The position numbers and the translations under genes are program-made. The notes under the pieces were generated by a model that saw only the letters and a program-made list of their open reading frames with translations, was not told where the DNA came from and made no database searches. Positions 37,814 through 49,962 of a DNA stretch of 64,000 nt are shown piece by piece. Source of the stretch: Anolis carolinensis (taxonomy: Eukaryota); assembly GCF_035594765.1 (NCBI RefSeq), contig NC_085842.1, positions 220,111,747 to 220,175,746 on the forward strand, in the 5' to 3' direction. Within the stretch, counting starts at the first letter, position 1. Each line of letters starts with the position of its first letter.

Positions 37814-38067
37814 GGACCTCAAGATTGAACTTTAAAGACTCTGGCAGAAACCAGTGCAGGTGGTCCCGGTGGTGATTAGCACATTGGGTGCTGTGCCAAA
37901 AGATCTCAGCCGGCATTTGGAAACAATAGACATTGACAAAATTACGATCTGCAAAAGGCCACACTACTGGGATCTGCGCGCATCATCCGAAAATACATCA
38001 CACAGTCCTAGACACTTGGGAAGTGTTCAACTTGTGATTTCGTGATATGAAATCCAGCATATCTATC
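37813..38067 (+). mobile_element. R4/Dong LINE 3' fragment preceded by (AAC)n
   Basis: Near-identical to the reverse complement of 31802-32080; runs into the assembly gap. Confidence 0.9.
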
Positions 38068-38233
38068 NNNNNNNNNNNNNNNNNNNNNNNNNNNNNNNNN
38101 NNNNNNNNNNNNNNNNNNNNNNNNNNNNNNNNNNNNNNNNNNNNNNNNNNNNNNNNNNNNNNNNNNNNNNNNNNNNNNNNNNNNNNNNNNNNNNNNNNNN
38201 NNNNNNNNNNNNNNNNNNNNNNNNNNNNNNNNN
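38068..38233. other. Assembly gap (N run)
   Basis: 166 N. Confidence 1.
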
Positions 38234-38270
38234 TAACAACAAAAACCCTTTACATATACACAAAGAGAAT

Positions 38271-38665
38271 AATAGAATCATAGCGTTGGAAGAAACCACA
38301 AAGGCTATCTAGTCCAACTCCTTCTGCCATGAAGGAATACATAATAAAAGCATGTCTGATAGATGACCATACTGCCTTTGTTTAAAGTCTCCAAAGAAGG
38401 AAACTCCGTCATACTCAAAGGCAGCATAATCCACTGTTAAACAGCTCTCACCATTAGGAAATTCTTAGTATTTATGTGGAATCTCATTTACTGTAGTTTG
38501 AATCCATTGCTTTGTGTCCGAGTCTCTGGATCAACAGAAAACAACCTGCTCTATGCTCAATATGACACCCCTTAAAATATTTAAACATAGCTATCATGTC
38601 ACCTCTTAACCTTCTCTCCTCTAGACTAAACATACTCATACCCTGAGCCTCTTCTAAGAGGATAT
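38271..38665 (-). mobile_element. CR1 LINE 3' fragment
   Basis: atagaatcatag tail; MFSLEERRLRGDMIAMFKYFKGCH. Confidence 0.9.
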
Positions 38666-38860
38666 TATTTCCAAATATTTTGTCTAGTAATGGTAAAGAT
38701 GCTATCAAGCCATTTACCGTGACATGATAACCTAACCTCAAGTCAGAGCAATCTGACATTCAAAATCTATCTCACATGAGGTTGTGAACCAGTAACTTAA
38801 ATAGAAAGGTCCATGTTTGTCCTGGGTTTATCAGTCAAGATGATTTCGGAATATCCTAAA

Positions 38861-39031
38861 GGTACCAGATCCTTCCCGATTTTGGAAGCTAAGCAGAGAA
38901 CGGAAACCTTCAGAGAATACCAGGTATTGTAAGCTATATTCAGAGGAAGACTATGACAAATATCTCTTACTACTTGCAAAAAAAAATTCCCAGTGAAATC
39001 TTAAGAGGTGGCCACAAGTCAAAAGGCAACT
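38861..39031 (+). mobile_element. 5S-derived SINE (5S-Sauria-like), internally deleted
   Basis: ccagatccttcccgattttggaagctaagcag...gaataccaggtattgtaagct followed by an RTE-like tail. Confidence 0.65.
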
Positions 39032-41684
39032 TTTGACTGTGGAATATACCTTACTTTAATGGAATCCACTCCTCTATATCATTAATGTGCTTTATTTATA
39101 AGAAATCAAGTAAAACATATGTTTACTCTTTAAGCAACCATCAATAACTCCAGCACTACTCTACAACAACAAACTATTGTAATAAAAGTGCACTCCTATT
39201 CATGAACATTCAAAAGCCAGTCCCAATGAAGTAAGTGAGCCTTACTAACAAGTAAGTGCAATATAGGATTGCAGTTTAGGTGTTTCAGTTTGTATGTGCT
39301 TTGGAGCTAAGTCGCACATCTTACTGCAGGGATGAAGAATTTCAGGCTCTGATACCTAGTCTGGCTCTCCTGAAGTTCTCCAGATGGTCACATCACTTTC
39401 TCTGTGACTCCATAGGTTGAAACTGCCTCCACAGAGTTGAAATGCCTCTGCTAAGTTACTGAAATGAACAGCCTTAAATGCTTCCATCCAACAAGGCAGT
39501 GTGCTCCTCAAAAACTTTGCTGAACCCAAACTTGATGTTTGCATGGAAAGATGTTCTCCTCTGCCTCCCGCTGAAGACATGATCAGAAGCTGGAATATAA
39601 TCATTTCAATGAGAATATTATTACTGATGTGTTGGCCATTTCTCCCCAAAGGAAACCGTATGATTATTTTTTCCCAAATAATATTTTCTGATGAATCTGC
39701 TAATATTTTGTTTATGTTGCATGATTGTAGCGGATTGATGATGATAAATGGAAGCTCTTACGTGTGCCCGTGATCCAGAGTCACCCGTAGAACAATAACA
39801 TGCCACTCAGGTTTGCAGAACAAAAATACAGGAACTTTACTGATTCCAAGAGATCAAAAAACAGTAGTATTTACAATGGTCCCTTTGATCACAGAAGTCT
39901 AAAGTCGTAAACAATCCTTTCTCAGTCCACAAATCAGCTTCAGAGAAGAATACAGTCCTGGTTCTTCTTCTTTTCTCAGCAGGAAACAGGCCTCAAAACA
40001 GCAAGGCCTCTCTGAGTACACACTACTCTCTGCACCAGCAGTACTCAGTCAGCACTGAAAACTGGCAGCAGCAGAACAAAAACAGTATCAAATCAATCTG
40101 CAGGTCTTTGCAGGCTCGGAAAATAGGCTTCATGCACTTCATTTTCCAGTTAACGTACACAGCACAGTGCCTTTGCAATTCATGACAATGATGGCTATCT
40201 TCAATAGCAAAAGGCAAAAGATTCTTCATTGCTTTCTCTTGACAATTTAGTTTCCTAAAACCAGATTTCTTTGTATGAAAAGAAATCTCAGCCAACTAAG
40301 TTGGAAATACAGTTCCTAGTATTGGAAAACAGTCTGTTTTCTGGGTCATGATTTTTTTTTTTTTGCTGAGGCTCAATATTTTTTAAAAAGCATACATAGC
40401 GGAACAATAGACATGTATCACACTCTTTATTGTATTCATGAATGAGAGTTATTTCTTTGTATGTGTGTGTCATGCTTTCATCCATTATGTATGTCAAGAA
40501 TGACTTTTTTCTTTACTTCCTGGGATTTTGATTAATGTTTTAGTTCTTATTCCATTAAATATAAAAACCCAGTTAATTCTGTTTAGTTCTCTTGATATGC
40601 ATGAGGCAACAGACTTTGCACAATGTGCCTAGAGTCTATTTTACAAATGTGGAATTTGTTGTATTACTACGAACGGGAATGACTCACTAAGATGCAGTAT
40701 CGAAAATCACATAGCATCATGGCTTTTAATGTTAGATGTAATTAACACTTGTGTCTCTCCAAAAGACCCATCCATCTTTGAAGCATGTTATGTTTCAAGT
40801 GCAAATGGAAAGGCTTGGTTGGACCAAAGTACAGCTTCACTTAAAATTCTATGGACCAAGGCAAATTCAATTTAGAGATCATTAGTGTTGGTCCCACAAG
40901 ATTTGTCACAGAGGGGTAGACATGGTAATTCCAAAAAATGACACTGTAACGCTCTTCTCCCCCCTGACATGCTATTAGTAGAGTGAGTGTCATATAGTTC
41001 TCTGTCCTAGCCATCCCAGCAGTAGCTAATAACAAAGAGGAAAAGTGAGAAAACAGGAAAGTCCATGATATTATGGCATTGTGTATTACCATGGTCTTCT
41101 TTGAAAAGAAAAAGGAAACAACTCCATGTAGCTAGGATGTTTTTGTTTGTGGCTGAATCTGATATTTACCATACCTACTTTTGGCCTAGGTCTTCTCCAA
41201 AAGGATAGAAAATGGAGTAGCTCTTTGGTTGCTCCATATTAGATTTTCAGATATCACTGGCTGCTCATCTTCCAAGAACAGCTACTTGATCCTGTCTTCT
41301 ATTCCCAAGGCATCTTGAGATATTCTCTTGGTAAATACCCACATTTCTAAGAATCAAGGCATAAGCAGCCCTCTGCTGTTTTTTACATAGTTTTCTCAAA
41401 ATGTTCTTTTCAGATTCTTTCCAAAAATAGGGAATATGATTTTATGGTCATTAATGTGACCAGAGAGGAAGGTTGGGCTAAATGCAAGCAAGCAAACATT
41501 ATGTTCATACTAAAAACTGATCACTATCATTACTTGTGTTTACATTTAAAGGGAAATGTTGGTTTCACTTCAGCCAATTCTAAATTGGCATTTAAATTAC
41601 ATTACACGACAACACTAAGAACCTTGCTCGAAAGAAGCTGAAAAATCCTGTCCATGATTTTCCTGTCCTAGTTCAGAAACAACT

Positions 41685-42206
41685 AAGGACGGAGTCACAT
41701 GATTTTAAATATCTGAAAGGCTGTCATAAGGAAGATTTATTGTTGTTGTTGTTGTTGTTGTTGTTATTTAATTTATTTCTGCTCCCGTTCTTCTCACTCC
41801 AAGGTGGACCTGGACCAGCTTACAAAATTTGGCAAAAATTCAGTGCCATAGTTATACAATAAACACAATACATCATTAAAATAAATAAACATATAAATTA
41901 CAATTAAACCAGTTAAAACATGTAACCAAATCACCAATCCTGAAATTGTCGTCCTGCTGCCCTGGAAATTGGACTCGGAGCAATGGGTTCAAATTGCAGG
42001 AAAGGAGATACCACCTGAACATTAGGAAGAACTTCCTGACCATAAGAACTGTTCAACATGGGAACTCTTGTGGAAGCTCCTTTTTATAGGCTTTTAAACA
42101 GAGGCTGGATGTCCATCTGTCAGGGGTGCTTTGATTGTGCTTTCTTACATGGCAGGGTGTTGGACTGGATGGCTCATGTGGTTTCTTCCAACTCTATGAT
42201 TCTATG
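41685..42206 (+). mobile_element. CR1 3' fragment interrupted by an L2 tail (~41736-41940, minus)
   Basis: aacattaggaagaacttcctgac and ctctatgattctatga CR1 end. Confidence 0.85.
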
Positions 42207-42734
42207 AATTTGTGAGCACCCCATTTTTCATTCCACCACCCACTGAAAGCAAATGAATAAGATTCTGAATAAACATATCAGCAGAGGAAAACAATAAGTT
42301 TCTTGATGACATCATAGTTATATGAAAGAACTATGAACTACAAACGAAATAGTTGATAGAGAGGCTGTGCTACAGTCGAATGACCAAAGAATAGATTTAA
42401 ATTCAGTAACAAAGAACATCAAACCAGGCTTCCCACATATCCTAAAAGAAACGTCTACAAACCATGAACAATTAGCATGCCCAGTAGTAATGATCCAATT
42501 CCCCTCCCCACCCATCTATTTATAAAATTCCTACAGACGCTCAAAATGAAATGGATTAGTGTAGATATAATTACAGCATGATCTATAAACAGAAGGCTAC
42601 ATGTGAACAACATCAATAATACTGAAAGATAGCAGGAAAGAAGGATGACGACAAAACCTGGTGTTCAAGTCACAGCTGGCCACACCACCAGAAGTTAACA
42701 GTGTAAGCTTGGTTCAGCTTTTGCCTAATAGTCA

Positions 42735-43245
42735 ATGTAATTCTAGGCTGCATCAACAGGAATATATTGTTCACATGGGAAGGAATAGTAAAAATCTATC
42801 CTACTTAAGTCAGATAGTGCTAGAAATATTGTCCAATTCTGGTCACCACCATTTAAGAAGGATATCGACAAGTCAAGATGTGTCCAGAGAAGGGTTACTA
42901 AGGTGGTAAAAGGTGATGAGCAGCTTAGGGAGCCCAATGTATTTAGCTTGAAGAAGTGAAATCTGAGAGGTCATACATTATCTACCTATCTTTAAATACC
43001 TGGTGTCATTTAGAAGATGGGGGGAGCTTATTTTCTACTTCCCCAGAAAATGTGCCAATGGATTCACATTACAACACAAGAAAGAGATTCCACTTAAACA
43101 TGATAAAGATGGTAAGAGCTGTTTGAGAATGGCGGCTAGTAAGCTTCTTCACTTTGGCTCTCAGGTAAATTTAGTTGTTTATTCTTGTATGACAAAAGGC
43201 TTGACTAAATGGTACTTGTAGTCTTTCCTATATATTATTCTATCC
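42735..43245 (+). mobile_element. Old CR1 fragment
   Basis: ggctgcatcaacagg...gtccaattctggtcaccaccatttaagaaggatatcgacaag...gtccagagaaggg. Confidence 0.75.
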
Positions 43246-43689
43246 ATTCACACTTTTTTCTATATACTTTTTCAGATGTGTATCTCTGTCACTACTTTCT
43301 CTTCTTGCTAGTCCACTTGGTACTATCACTGCCTGCTACAGAATGAAAATCTCTGCCAAGGACAGAGAACAAAAAACTGATTCCATATCATTTTTTTAGA
43401 GTGATCTCAAGATTATATTAAATGTTGTTGAGAGGACTTTATGTTCAAAGATTCTATTCACCCCCCCCCCCCCGCCACCTCCAGCTGTGAGACAATGTAC
43501 TTTATATTTCATTTTGAAGCAATTTAACAAAATTAATCTTAAATACCTTGGTTCCAATATTTAGTTCTGACCCAATACAATAATTTCATTCAGAAGGACA
43601 TTCGCCATTCAGTGTACCCAGGTCATTAACTTGAGTTACATTGGTTAAGCACCTTGTCTTTGAAAATTCCTAAATAGATCACAGGTGTC

Positions 43690-44202
43690 ACTGTTTGTTA
43701 TGTCCTACCAAGTCTACATCAACACATGGTTACCTTATGAATGAGAGACCTTCATAACCCTACTTGGGTTTTTCAAACTTAGGACTTTGGCTTCCTTGAG
43801 TGAATCGATCTCCCTATAGTGCATTTTTCCTCTTTTACCTTGCACTTTATTGAGTATTATTGCCGATTCCAATGTGTCATAGATTTCATAATGTGTCCAA
43901 AATACGGTGGCCTAGGGGATAAAAGCCTTGTGACTTGAAGGTTGGGTTGCTGACCTGAAGGCTGCCAGGTTCGAATCCCACCCGGGGAGAGCGCGGATGA
44001 GCTCCCTCTATCAGCTCCAGCTCCATGCGGGGACATGAGAGAAACCTCCCATAAGGATGGTAAAACATCAAAATCAAAACATCTGGGCGTCCCCTGGGCA
44101 ACATCCTTGCAGACGGCCAATTTTCTCACTCCAGAAGCAACTCAGGTTGCTCTTGACACGAAAAAAAATAGCTTCTAGTCAAAATTCTGGCCTGATTTGC
44201 TC
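43690..44202 (-). mobile_element. RTE-clade LINE 3' fragment interrupted by a SINE
   Basis: YFGHIM...KVQGKRG motif on minus strand; RTE-like tail near 43690. Confidence 0.65.
43906..44168 (+). mobile_element. A-tailed tRNA-derived SINE (young, CpG-retaining)
   Basis: B box ggttcgaatccc; ends ttgctcttgacacgaaaaaaaa; possible TSD aaaata. Confidence 0.9.
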
Positions 44203-44220
44203 TTTCTAGCAGCCTGCGAT

Positions 44221-44340
44221 CATAGAATCATAGAATCATAGAATAGTAGAGTTGGAAGAGACCTCATGGGCCATCCAGTCCAACCCCCTGCCAAGAAGCA
44301 GGAAATCGCATTCAAAGCACCCCCGACAGATGGCCAGCCA
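44221..44340 (-). mobile_element. CR1 3' tail
   Basis: (CATAGAAT)3 followed by gagttggaagagacc...gtccaacccc. Confidence 0.9.
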
Positions 44341-44713
44341 AATTGGTCATGAGAATATCGAAGAGTGAGCATTTTACATCTATACTAATTAATTTCTGGA
44401 TAAAGTACAATGTGTTGATTATTTATTTTATTTCTTTTTATTTACATCACTTTTACCCCACCCTTCTCACCTGAAGGGACTCAGGGTGGTTTACAACAGT
44501 CAGCACATTACATTGCCCAAAATACATTCGATAAAACAATAACAGAATCAATAACAATAAAACAATGCCACATCAATTAAAACTTTAGTTAGACTCTATT
44601 AAACCATGAATTATAAAATTTAAAATGCATGTATAGTTAAATTCGTCCACCTTTAAAGTAAAGGTTCAGTCTTCACTGGGCAGTGCTAAGTGCAATGAAA
44701 TATGACAGAACAA

Positions 44714-45175
44714 TTATTCATTTATTTATTTACAGTATTTATATTCCACCCTTCTCAACCCGAAGGGGACTCAGGGCGGATCACATTATGTACATATACA
44801 TTATGTACATAAACACATCAAACCGAGACAGAGACAGACAGACAGACAGAGAGACGCAGAGGCAATTTAACCTTCTCCTGAGGGGATGTTCGATTCTGGC
44901 CACAGGGGGGAGCAGCTGCTTCATTATCCACTCTGATGGCACTTCCTCATTCCAACGTCATAAATTAGTTAAACTTGCCTCCCCACTTTTATAAGTGGTA
45001 CCTTATTTCCTACTTGATAGATGCAACTATCTTTCGGGTTGCTAGGTCAGCAACAAGCAGGGGCTATATTTTATTTTTAATTGACGGGTGCTCACCCCGC
45101 CACGGGCTGGCCTCGAACTCATGATCTCATGGTCAGAGTGATTTATTGCAGCAGCTGTTTACCAGCCTGCACCAT
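44714..45175 (-). mobile_element. Near full-length Anolis SINE2-type element (tRNA head plus L2 tail)
   Basis: Minus strand: A box tggtgcaggctgg, B box gagttcgaggcc, L2-type tail and (TAAA)n. Confidence 0.88.
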
Positions 45176-45238
45176 ACCTCTTTAAATGTCTATTTATGTT
45201 TTACCTTGATTTCGTACAATGTTTTATATTCATACATT

Positions 45239-45572
45239 GGTAAAGGTAAAGGTAAAGGTTTCCCCTGACGTTAAGTCCAGTCATGTCTCACTCTGGGGGT
45301 TGGTGCTCATCTCCATTTCTAAGCTGAAGAGCCAGCGTTGTCCATAGACACCTCCAAGGTCATGTGGCCGGCATGACTGCATGGCGCGCCGTTACCTTCC
45401 CATTGGAGCAGTACCTATTGATCTACTCACATTGGCATGTTTTTGAACTGCTAGGTTGGCAGAAGCTGGAGCTAACACCGGGCGCTCATTCTGCTCCTGG
45501 GATTTGAACCTGGGACCTTTTGGTCTGCAAGTTCAGCAGCTCAGCACTTTAACACACTTCGCCACCGGGGCT
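45239..45572 (-). mobile_element. Full-length Sauria SINE inside an L2 tail
   Basis: (AAAGGT)n at left; head ends cgccaccggggct. Confidence 0.95.
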
Positions 45573-45689
45573 GTTATCTAATTTTGTATTGCGTTTTTAA
45601 CATGTTGGAAGCCGCTTTGAGTCCCCACTGTGGGAGAAAAACAGCATATAAATAAGGATTGATGATGATGATGATGATGATGATTATTA

Positions 45690-46010
45690 TTATTATTAAA
45701 CCTTGCATGGTTTGGAGAGTCCTTCCATACTATCAGCCCTGGATACTTTGGTTCTCTGGCAGGGCATTTACTTCAACCAGCCAAAACCTGGTTGGCAACT
45801 GTTACCTAGAGGACCTTTTCATTAGCTGCCCTTTGACTGTGGAATGACCTGCTGGAAGAGCTCTAAGAGCTAAATGAGCTGTCAAAATTTAAGACCAAAT
45901 TAAAGACATCTCTTTCATCAGCTTTACCCAATCAATTTTACATTTAGTATCGTGCTTAAATATTTGTGCTATATATTTTAATATTGTATCTTAATGGTAT
46001 AGTGTTGTAG
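45690..46010 (+). mobile_element. L2 3' fragment
   Basis: ggaccttttcattagctgccc...ctgtggaatgacctg (RTFS..LWNDL). Confidence 0.55.
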
Positions 46011-46121
46011 TTGAGTCAGTAAGTAATGTGGCAAGCAGTAGTAGCAGTATCAGTAGGGGAAGAAGGGAAAGGCAGGTAACTAATAATAACAACAACAGCA
46101 GCAGTAACAACAACAACAACA

Positions 46122-46216
46122 ACAGTCCTAGACACTTGGGAAGTGTCTGACGTGTGATCCAATGCAAAAGACAGCATAGTGATCTTGTCTGCTGTGTAGT
46201 AATCTTGTTGTATATC

Positions 46217-46266
<50 letters not shown>
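46122..46266 (+). mobile_element. R4/Dong 3' tip plus (TAA)n
   Basis: cagtcctagacacttgggaagtgtctgacgtgtgatcc; preceded by (AAC)n. Confidence 0.85.
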
Positions 46267-46269
<3 letters not shown>

Positions 46270-46375
46270 CATTCACCTTGCTCGATGAACAGTGATGTTC
46301 TGGGATCTGAAGTCCAAAACACCCAGAGGAACAGAGTTCGGGCAGCTCTAAAGCATATGCTTCTTTTTATCAACA

Positions 46376-46745
46376 ATAATAATAATAATAATAATAATAT
46401 ATTTATAACCCACTTCCATCTCCCTGAGGAGACTCAGAGGAGACTCACATGGGGACCATGCCTGATCAACAGATAAAACAATACGATGACAGCATATATA
46501 ATTAAAACAATAACAGTAAAATAACATTCAAAAAATACATAGCGAGCATCATGACTAAACTGTGGGTCTATTAAGAAATTACAGGGAAGGCAGGCATGTG
46601 CAAAAATGCAAGGCAATGAGATTCAGGAATAGGATAAAGTGCTGAGGGTTAGGGCAGTAAATAGTTAAGACTGGATGGTGATGAAAATGGACCTACTGTT
46701 TGAAAGCACCTTGAAACATCCAAGTCTTCAAATTTTTGCAGAATG
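46376..46745 (-). mobile_element. L2 3'UTR and tail
   Basis: (AAT)n then ccatctccctgaggagactcagagg. Confidence 0.65.
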
Positions 46746-46778
46746 CAAGAACTAATCTTGCCATCTGAATGTAGCCAA

Positions 46779-48354
46779 TAGGGTTGACCAAATTTTCATT
46801 ATGTTTCTCGTTTCGTAATTATTTCGGATTGTTCTCGTTTTTTTAAACGAGTATTGAAACGTTTTCCCTGGGCGCAACTGGCAATGTAATTCGAACCATC
46901 GTTGGCCCATTCTCTAATTGTTTCTTAAAATTTTCGTTAAATTTTTCCTTCCAATTTTTTTAAAAATATTTTTTTTAAATTTTTTTTATTTTTTGTTTTG
47001 TTTCTGCAACCTAACATGAATGGGAGCCTAGCGCAGCCTAACATGGCTACCACTCCCTGGCCAATCAGAGACTTCCACGATGGCTGAAAAAGGTGGGGGC
47101 TAGCGTCCTCCGCGTCCATGTGGAGGATCTCTATAAAAATCCCCTCCCCAACTGAGCCAAGCCATTCTGGGCTAGGATACCGAGGAGAGAGGGTGTTCGC
47201 GCGCGCTGGGAAGCTGCTTGCTTGCTTGGGGGAGAGAGGTCTAAGTGACTGTTCTGGCTATAGGGGGTAGAGTGTCTGTCTGTTGTTGCTGGTTCGATAT
47301 TGTGGGGTTTTTTTGGGAAATTGGCTTGGGGCTTGTGGCAGAGTCCTTGCTGTGGCTTTAGGGAACTTTTATTTTCCAAAGGACGTCTGTATTCCTGCAA
47401 GTGCAGAGCTTGGGGTGCTTTACTTTTCTACTCCAGAGGGAGTCCCTTTGCCTTTCTGTTTTCTTTTTTGGAATTTAGCAATCACCACATCAGCCCTTCT
47501 TTGCAATCCTGAAAGGGGGGGGGGGACTTGAAAATAATAGTTTCCAAAGGACGTCTACATTCCTGCAAGTGCATTGCTTCCCTCCCACTCCGTTTGTAAT
47601 CCCAAGCCCCTGGGCTGAGTGTTATTGCAGCAATCACAAAGACACACATTGTTTTCAAACCTAAAGGGTACATTGGAAGAAATAGTTTCCAAAGGACGTG
47701 GGGCACCTGCCAAGGCATTGCATCCCTCATGCTCCATTTCTATTCCCAAGCCTTGGGCTGAGTTTTATTTCTGCAATCACAAAGTCAGACATTGATTTGA
47801 TTCAATAGAGGGTCCACAGCAATTTATAGTTTCCAAAGGACGTTGCCAATCCTGTCAAGGCATTGCTTGGCGTGTGCTGCATTTCTAATCCAAAGTCTAC
47901 ACAAGTAGAAGAGGGACTTTTACAGTGATAAGAACCCAATTGAACAGGAAATAAGACTTTCAAACCAGGAACAGGTTTCTTCAAATATTGAAAAATAGTG
48001 TATTATAAAAAGTTATGAAAATTCGCCAAAAATCACAGGAGACAGGAAACATTCTGCAATTTGTTGAGCAAAGAGTGTTGAATGTGTTCTCCCACTGTAC
48101 CAAAGTTGATGAGAATAGCTCAAGAAATGAGGGCGGGAGACCCCCAGAAAAGTCCCCCCCCCGGTTTCCTGTTTTTTGGCGATTGCGCATGCGCGTCCGC
48201 CATTTTAGAAACATTTTAGAAACATTATGAATTTTCGGAAATATCCGAAAATTTTGGGTGAAAAATTAAGAAATAATTTCTATATCGAAGAGCCGGCACC
48301 ACCTACTTTAGAAACGAGAATTGAAACATTTTTTCCATCGATCGGACAAGCCTA
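46779..48354. mobile_element. 1.58-kb non-autonomous hAT (Ac-like TIR) element
   Basis: Ends tagggttgacc...ggacaagccta; perfect 8-bp TSD gtagccaa (46771-46778 and 48355-48362); CpG-rich subterminal motifs; no transposase ORF. Confidence 0.9.
47373..47900 (+). repeat. ~145-bp degenerate tandem repeat (4 units) inside the hAT element
   Basis: tttccaaaggacgt at 47373, 47541, 47686 and 47830. Confidence 0.85.
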
Positions 48355-49290
48355 GTAGCCAACATGGTGTAGCATTGAACTAGTAGAGATCAGGAATTAA
48401 ATCTTAACTTGGCTATGACATTTATTGAAAGACATTTAGCTCAGTCACTATTTCTTGTCAGCTTTAACTATTTCATAGGAGAAGGTGTAGAGAACCCTGC
48501 ATAGTGCTTTTATCTCCTTGGAAGAAAGGCATGAGAGAAATCTATTGGATAAATTACATATCCTCCCCCTCTGAAGGGGTTCTCTTGATTTCTCCATTAT
48601 GTTGAAAAATCTAGAACATATAATCTTCCCTTTATAGCAAATGGGTGTCTTTTGAAACTACCCAGTTATAGTACTATAATTCTCCTTCCATATCTGTATC
48701 TTATAGAATCCTGCTTGATGCACTAGGATTCTCTACTCAAAAATCCATTCAAAATTGCCTATACCAGGTTTCCTCAGGATGTTACAGTGACAGTTGAAAT
48801 AGAATCATTGCACTATAATTGGGAAGTGTGAAAACTGTGGGATAATAGCTCTGACCTGACAGATAGACAAGTGCAATAATGGAAGTGTCATGTCACTCTG
48901 AAGAAGAAGAGTCAAACAATGAAAAGCCACCAAGAAGCACCCTCCTTTATAAAACCAGTTGTGACAATCAATGCCGGGTAAGAACAGAAGGTCAAGTGGA
49001 CAGGAGTACCAAAAGGTTGTATTTGCATCTGGTTCTAAGATTCTGATATTTGTATTAGTTGTTGTTTTTGCTCTAATATTATTGCTTTATTGTTACGTAA
49101 TATCATCATGTTATAATTTGCTTATTGTTCTATGTCTATTACAGGGTTTTCTTGGAAGAATTTGTTCAGAGGAGGCTTGTATTTACCTTCTTCTGATACT
49201 GAAAGTGTAACTTGCCCGAGATCACATGTGAAAGGGAATAAGGAGCCTTACCACTTCATCACACTGTTTTTCTTAACCCCTTACCATACT

Positions 49291-49623
49291 GGAGCCCCAG
49301 TGGCGAAGTGTGTTAAAGCACTGAGTTGCTGAACTTGCAGACCGAAAGGTTGCAGGTTCAAATCCCGGGAGTGGCTTGAGCGCCCACTGTTAGCTCCAGC
49401 TCCTGCCAACCTAACAGTTCGAAAACATGCCAATGTGAGTAGATCAATAGGTACCGCTCCGGCGGGAAGGTAACAGCGCTCCATGCAGTCATGCCGGCCA
49501 CATGACCTTGGAGGTGTCTACGGACAATGCCGACTCTTTGGCTTAGAAATGGAGATGAGCACCAACCCCCAGAGTCAGACATGCCTGGACTTAACGTCAG
49601 GGGAAACCTTTACCTTTAACTTT
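49291..49623 (+). mobile_element. Full-length Sauria SINE
   Basis: Perfect 15-bp TSD ttaccatactggagc (49281-49295 and 49624-49638). Confidence 0.96.
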
Positions 49624-49962
49624 TTACCATACTGGAGCTCCTCTTAGCTACAGATCCGAACATATCCCATCAGATGGCGCAGGCAGTGAAAGAAGTATCA
49701 AGGAAGTGCTGAAAGAAGCTTCCTCGCCACCATGATGATCAGTTGGCTAGCTCCAATGGAGCTTGCACGTGGTTTTTATGCTTTCCCCTGTCTGATGGGA
49801 GAAGTGACAGGGTGCCAACTTGCCTTTCTCTGATTCTGTCACCCTTCCCCTGTGTAACAGGAAGAAGGGAGGGCACACAGCTTGCCACAAGTTGCCACAC
49901 ATGCCTTCAGTTTCACCGATGATTGTGGGCAAAACGGGACAGGAGGGGGGCTCATCAGGGTG

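Noticed and set aside
38047-38299. ORFs spanning X residues
   Set aside because: Artefact of the N gap
38861-38940. 5S rRNA gene
   Set aside because: Deleted and diverged, and fused to a SINE body and tail
39416-40130. Decayed processed pseudogene
   Set aside because: Some peptide-like stretches, but the frames I checked have frequent stops and I recognise no family; BLASTx would be needed
47373-47900. CRISPR-like 14-bp direct repeats
   Set aside because: Intervals of 144-168 bp are mutually similar; degenerate tandem repeat
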